This document shows, one piece after another, positions 48,085 to 51,843 of a stretch of DNA of 51,843 nt. Origin of the DNA: Octopus bimaculoides. Taxonomy: Eukaryota. Every line of letters begins with the position of its first letter. Within the stretch, counting starts at the first letter, position 1. The stretch covers positions 31,096,905 to 31,148,747 of the forward strand of contig NC_069003.1 of the NCBI RefSeq assembly GCF_001194135.2, in the 5' to 3' direction. The notes below the pieces were generated by a model. That model did no database searches and was not told where the DNA came from. It worked only from the letters and a program-made list of their open reading frames with translations. The translations under genes were made by a program, and so were the position numbers.

Positions 48085-48492
48085 AGCATTCGTTCTTTTA
48101 CTTGCTTCTGTCTTCAGACTGTGGCCATGCAGGAGTACTGCCTTGAAGAGTGTCTTTTAGTCAAAGAAATCAACCCCCAGGATTTTATTCTTATATAAGC
48201 CTAGTACTTATTTTACTGGACCCTTTTGCTGAACCGCTAAGTTATGATAACATAAACACACCAACATCAAGTGTCAAGTGATGGTGTGCATGCACATGAA
48301 TTACTTCTGTGTATATGACTGGCATTCAGAAGCTACAAAATGGCCACAAAACCATATATATCATTGACAGCCATCTGTTAGCCTGTGCTCAACTGGTACT
48401 TATTTTATCAACCCTGAAAGGATGAAAGGCAAAGCCGACCTCAGTAGAATTCAAACTCTGAATATAAAAAAATGAACAAAATGCCGCTAAGC
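48085..48492 (-). mobile_element. SINE family A 3' half (48085-48285) and family B fragment (48378-48492)
   Basis: Diagnostic motifs as above. Confidence 0.75.
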
Positions 48493-48617
48493 TGAATGTA
48501 ATATGAGGGAGAATTGACTGCTATCTCTAGCAGATTGAGCAATCAAGAAGTGGCTTCCTAAACACAAAATGCTTACAGTAGATTTGAAGTGGGAAACATA
48601 GATTAAAGATTATTTAT

Positions 48618-49155
48618 CTTGGCCATGCTGGGGGCAATAAAGGATTTTAGTTGAACAAATCAACCCCAATATTTGTGCTATTTTAAGTCTGGTGGTACTA
48701 AAGTTATGGGGATATAAAGAAACCAATACCAGAGAAGCCGATTGCCAGCAGCAAAGGAAGACAATCCCCTTGTTTACATCCGTATCATTTCCCCCTTCAT
48801 ATATTAAAAGGTCATAGGGTCTGAAGCTACGTCATAAAGGTATCCTTTATGATGAGAAACCCAGGGTAACCCTATTCACTGGCCTTCACCAGTAATAAAT
48901 ATTGACTGCTCTACTTCTTAGAGTGGGCTTCTTCTCTAAATTTATATTTTTCTAAAAATCGAGGTTTTTTTTACACACACACACACACACACACATATAC
49001 ATACGATGGGCTTCTTTCAGTTTCTACCAGCCAAATTCACTCATGCGGCTTTGGTTGGCCTAGAACTATAGTAGAAGATGCTTGCCCAAGGTGCCGCACA
49101 GTGGGACAGAACCTCAAACCAGGTAATTGACAAGCAAACTTCTTACCACACAACC
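48618..49155 (-). mobile_element. SINE family A split by an about 235-bp insertion (48731-48965)
   Basis: The 3' part ends ..aaaccaatacc at 48730; the 5' part resumes after ttttttttacacac. Confidence 0.7.
48814..48875 (+). ncRNA. Type I hammerhead ribozyme-like fold inside the insertion
   Basis: Stem I atagggt/accctat (7 bp perfect); CUGAAGc; stem II cgtcataaagg/cctttatgatg (11 bp, one G.U); GAAA; stem III ACCC-A-GGGU; GUA triplet at 48866-48868; AATAAA about 20 nt downstream. Confidence 0.6.
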
Positions 49156-49699
49156 ACTTTCATTCTTAAGCATAGCAAAATACTTGGAGAGAATTTAAAC
49201 TCAAGTGTGCTACCATAGTAATTAAATCCTAAATCCTAGTGGCTATTCCACTTCAACAGCTTTGCATAAAACTAATTCTTCAATTAAAAATAATAGAAAT
49301 AATTTCAGAAATATCTTTTCATGACATTTGTTAACATGACAATTAGTTGACAATTGTGTTTGTTTGCTGAAATTGTTTTGTAGCAAATAGCACTTCCAAT
49401 CATCAATCATGTTGATTGGCAAACATGTGAACGTCTATGAGGGCACTCTCTGTGCTGGAAATAGCAGCTAAATCTTTCTTGAATTACATCCGGTAGTCAT
49501 AGAAATCTATGTCATATAATGTGCATTTGGGTTCCTTGCAAATACGATAAAAGAATGAGATAGCTGCAACTGTGATACCTTTGTACATAAATCAGCTTGA
49601 CAAACCCTTTTGCTGTGTAAATCAGGTGGACATATCACATGCATACACACACATACATACATGTATATACACACACACACACACACATGTATATATACA

Positions 49700-50110
49700 C
49701 ACATACATTTGATGGGCTTTTTTCAGTTTTGCTCTACTAAATCCACTCACAAAGTTTTGGTCAACTCAAGAATTGAGCAGAAGAAGGCACTTGACCAAGA
49801 TGCCATGCAGTGGGACTGAACCTGGAACCATGTAGTCAAGAAGCAAACATCTTATTTCTTTACTGCCCACAAAGGACTAAACATAGAGGGGACAGACAAA
49901 GGGATTAAGTCAATTACATTGACCCCAGTGTGTAACTGGTACTTAATTTATCAACCCTGAAAGGATGAAAGGCAAAGTCGACCTCGGCGGAATTTGAACT
50001 CAGAATGTAGTGGCAGACGAAATACCGCTAAGCATTTCGCCCGGCGTGCTAACGTTTCTGCCAGCTCGCCGCCTTAAGAAGCAAACATCTTACCACCCAG
50101 TCACACCAGA
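49700..50110 (-). mobile_element. SINE family A 5' half interrupted by young family B2 copy (49855-50075)
   Basis: Perfect 17-bp TSD aagaagcaaacatctta at 49838-49854 and 50076-50092. Confidence 0.9.
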
Positions 50111-50231
50111 CCTACACCAGTTGATTATTTTACTAAATCCTTCCAAACTCTCAATGAACTGAACATATGGAAAGTATGTTTCGTTATAAACATGGTGACA
50201 GAAGGGTTAATAAAGTAAATATATATATATA

Positions 50232-50796
50232 CTAGCAGCTAAGCCCGGTCTCACCCGGTCAGAGAGCGACGCAAAGAGAGAAACGAAGACATTAAAAAGA
50301 GGAAGAAGTGGATACGAAGTGGTGTTTGGGTGATGGATCTTGGTAGAAAAAAAAGAATGTCATGGTGAGTTAGTTAGTAAGGAGAGCAAAGCAAGACTGG
50401 ACTTACGTGGGCTGACAGGACGATGAAAAAATTGCGGAGTTGAAATTGGAGCAGTTGAAGTTGCCTTTGTTATCATTAGAGTACCTCTTGGTAGACAACA
50501 TTCTTTGTCCTTTCCTCAGGTGCACAAATAGAAAGACCCTGGAGACAGCCAACATACAGTTGTGCGTGTGAGAATACTTGATCTGTCAGATTCAAACCAA
50601 CCGCTTGCACTGATTGTCCCTGCGCCTTGTTGATTGTCATGGGAAAGCAGTTTGATGGGAAATTGCATCTGTTTAAACTTGTAGGTCGTATCAGAGTGGA
50701 TAAGGGACATGGGAGTTATAAGTATGTCTTAACCGGCGGCCGGTTCATTCAAGATTGTTGCCTACAGAACTCGGGAGCACAATTTTTTGATAATCA
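50232..50796 (-). mobile_element. Helitron: decayed Pif1-like helicase C-terminus and canonical 3' end
   Basis: IIKKLCSRVL*ATILNEPAAG*DILITPMSLIHSDTTYKFKQMQFPIKL/FPMTINKAQGQSVQAVGLNLTDQVFSHAQLYVGC..RTKNVVYQEVL* (50796-50476; two stops, frameshift); 3' hairpin (ccgg/ccgg, 50244-50258), then CTAG (50235-50232) followed by T. Confidence 0.9.
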
Positions 50797-51252
50797 NNNN
50801 NNNNNNNNNNNNNNNNNNNNNNNNNNNNNNNNNNNNNNNNNNNNNNNNNNNNNNNNNNNNNNNNNNNNNNNNNNNNNNNNNNNNNNNNNNNNNNNNNNNN
50901 NNNNNNNNNNNNNNNNNNNNNNNNNNNNNNNNNNNNNNNNNNNNNNNNNNNNNNNNNNNNNNNNNNNNNNNNNNNNNNNNNNNNNNNNNNNNNNNNNNNN
51001 NNNNNNNNNNNNNNNNNNNNNNNNNNNNNNNNNNNNNNNNNNNNNNNNNNNNNNNNNNNNNNNNNNCAATTTTTGAATGAAATAATAATTTTATTCTTTT
51101 ATTCTAAGTTGTAAATTTTGCCCAAGAAATAAAGCAAATAATCACCAAATGCATTGTTAAAAATCTGCAACTCGATAGCAAATATCTCCAAATTGATTAG
51201 AAATCAATATATATATAATATCTTTTTTATTTTTCATATTTTTATATTATCA

Positions 51253-51600
51253 CTAGCAGTATAACCCGACCTTGTCCGGGTGTGACTTATTACGCCATCT
51301 ACGATAAGTCTTGCTAGGTGAAAATCAACTAAAAAAGAAAGCCTTACAACAAAAAAACCCTTATGGTGTAAATATGTTCATAATTCAAAAGACGATGAAA
51401 TTAATAGGGAAAGTCTGAAGGCTGTTTTGCGTAAAATTATTAAGCGTATGATTAAATGAAGTCTGGCAATATGAGTGATGTGCTAAGTGAAGTGTAATGA
51501 GACTTCAACAAGGATCGGAAACAATGTCAAGGACTTGTCAAAACCAGAAACTTCCACTCAATCCTAAGATAACTGCCATTGAGTGCACGACGTTGATTGG
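51253..51600 (-). mobile_element. Second (non-autonomous) Helitron 3' end
   Basis: Hairpin acccgaccttgtccgggt (51264-51281) 8 nt from terminal CTAG|T (51256-51253); 5' limit uncertain. Confidence 0.65.
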
Positions 51601-51633
51601 CTTGTTATTTATTGATTTATCATTAGTATTGTA

Positions 51634-51790
51634 GGTGCAGGTGTAGGTTGTGTGGTGGGAAGCTTGCTTCCCAACCATGTGATTCTGGGTTCAGTTGCAC
51701 TGTGGGGCATCTTGCGAAAGTGTCTTCCACCATAGCGTCAGGTCAATCAAAGCCTTGTGAGTAGATTTTGTTGACAGAAACTGAAGGAAA
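51634..51790 (+). mobile_element. SINE family A, 5' half
   Basis: ..gaagcttgcttcccaaccatgtgattctgggttcagttgcactg..aaagccttgtgagtagattttgttgacagaaactgaagg. Confidence 0.8.
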
Positions 51791-51797
51791 CCAATCA

Positions 51798-51843
<46 letters not shown>

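Overview
AT-rich, repeat-saturated eukaryotic DNA with 9 N-gaps. The SINE families, MITEs and dense (TA)n/(CA)n/(GAT)n/(AAT)n tracts resemble what I recall of coleoid cephalopod (Octopus) genomes; this is an inference, not a database result. No host protein-coding exon, tRNA or rRNA gene could be confidently identified. Nearly all ORFs in the supplied track are microsatellite or N-run artefacts. Recognisable content: (1) dozens of tRNA-headed SINE copies or fragments, here given my own family labels A-E, plus a short interspersed repeat F; (2) decayed coding fossils of a Penelope-like element (RT C-terminus + GIY-YIG, 3.0-4.06 kb), an R4/Dong-type RLE endonuclease (4.5-4.8 kb), three RTE-superfamily RT fragments (16.4, 28.2, 32.9 kb), a possible RTE AP-endonuclease (47.1-47.7 kb) and a Helitron helicase C-terminus with a canonical 3' end (50.2-50.8 kb); (3) piggyBac-like, hAT-like and pogo-like MITEs. 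The most interesting signal is a set of minimal type I hammerhead-ribozyme motifs (12.9, 18.5 and 48.8 kb, with decayed ones at 10.0, 22.3 and 40.5 kb). One belongs to a tRNA-headed SINE-like element in an inverted configuration, suggesting a Pol III SINE / Penelope-ribozyme hybrid retroelement. Boundaries of decayed repeats are approximate (about +/-10 bp). All translations and base-pairings were done by eye.
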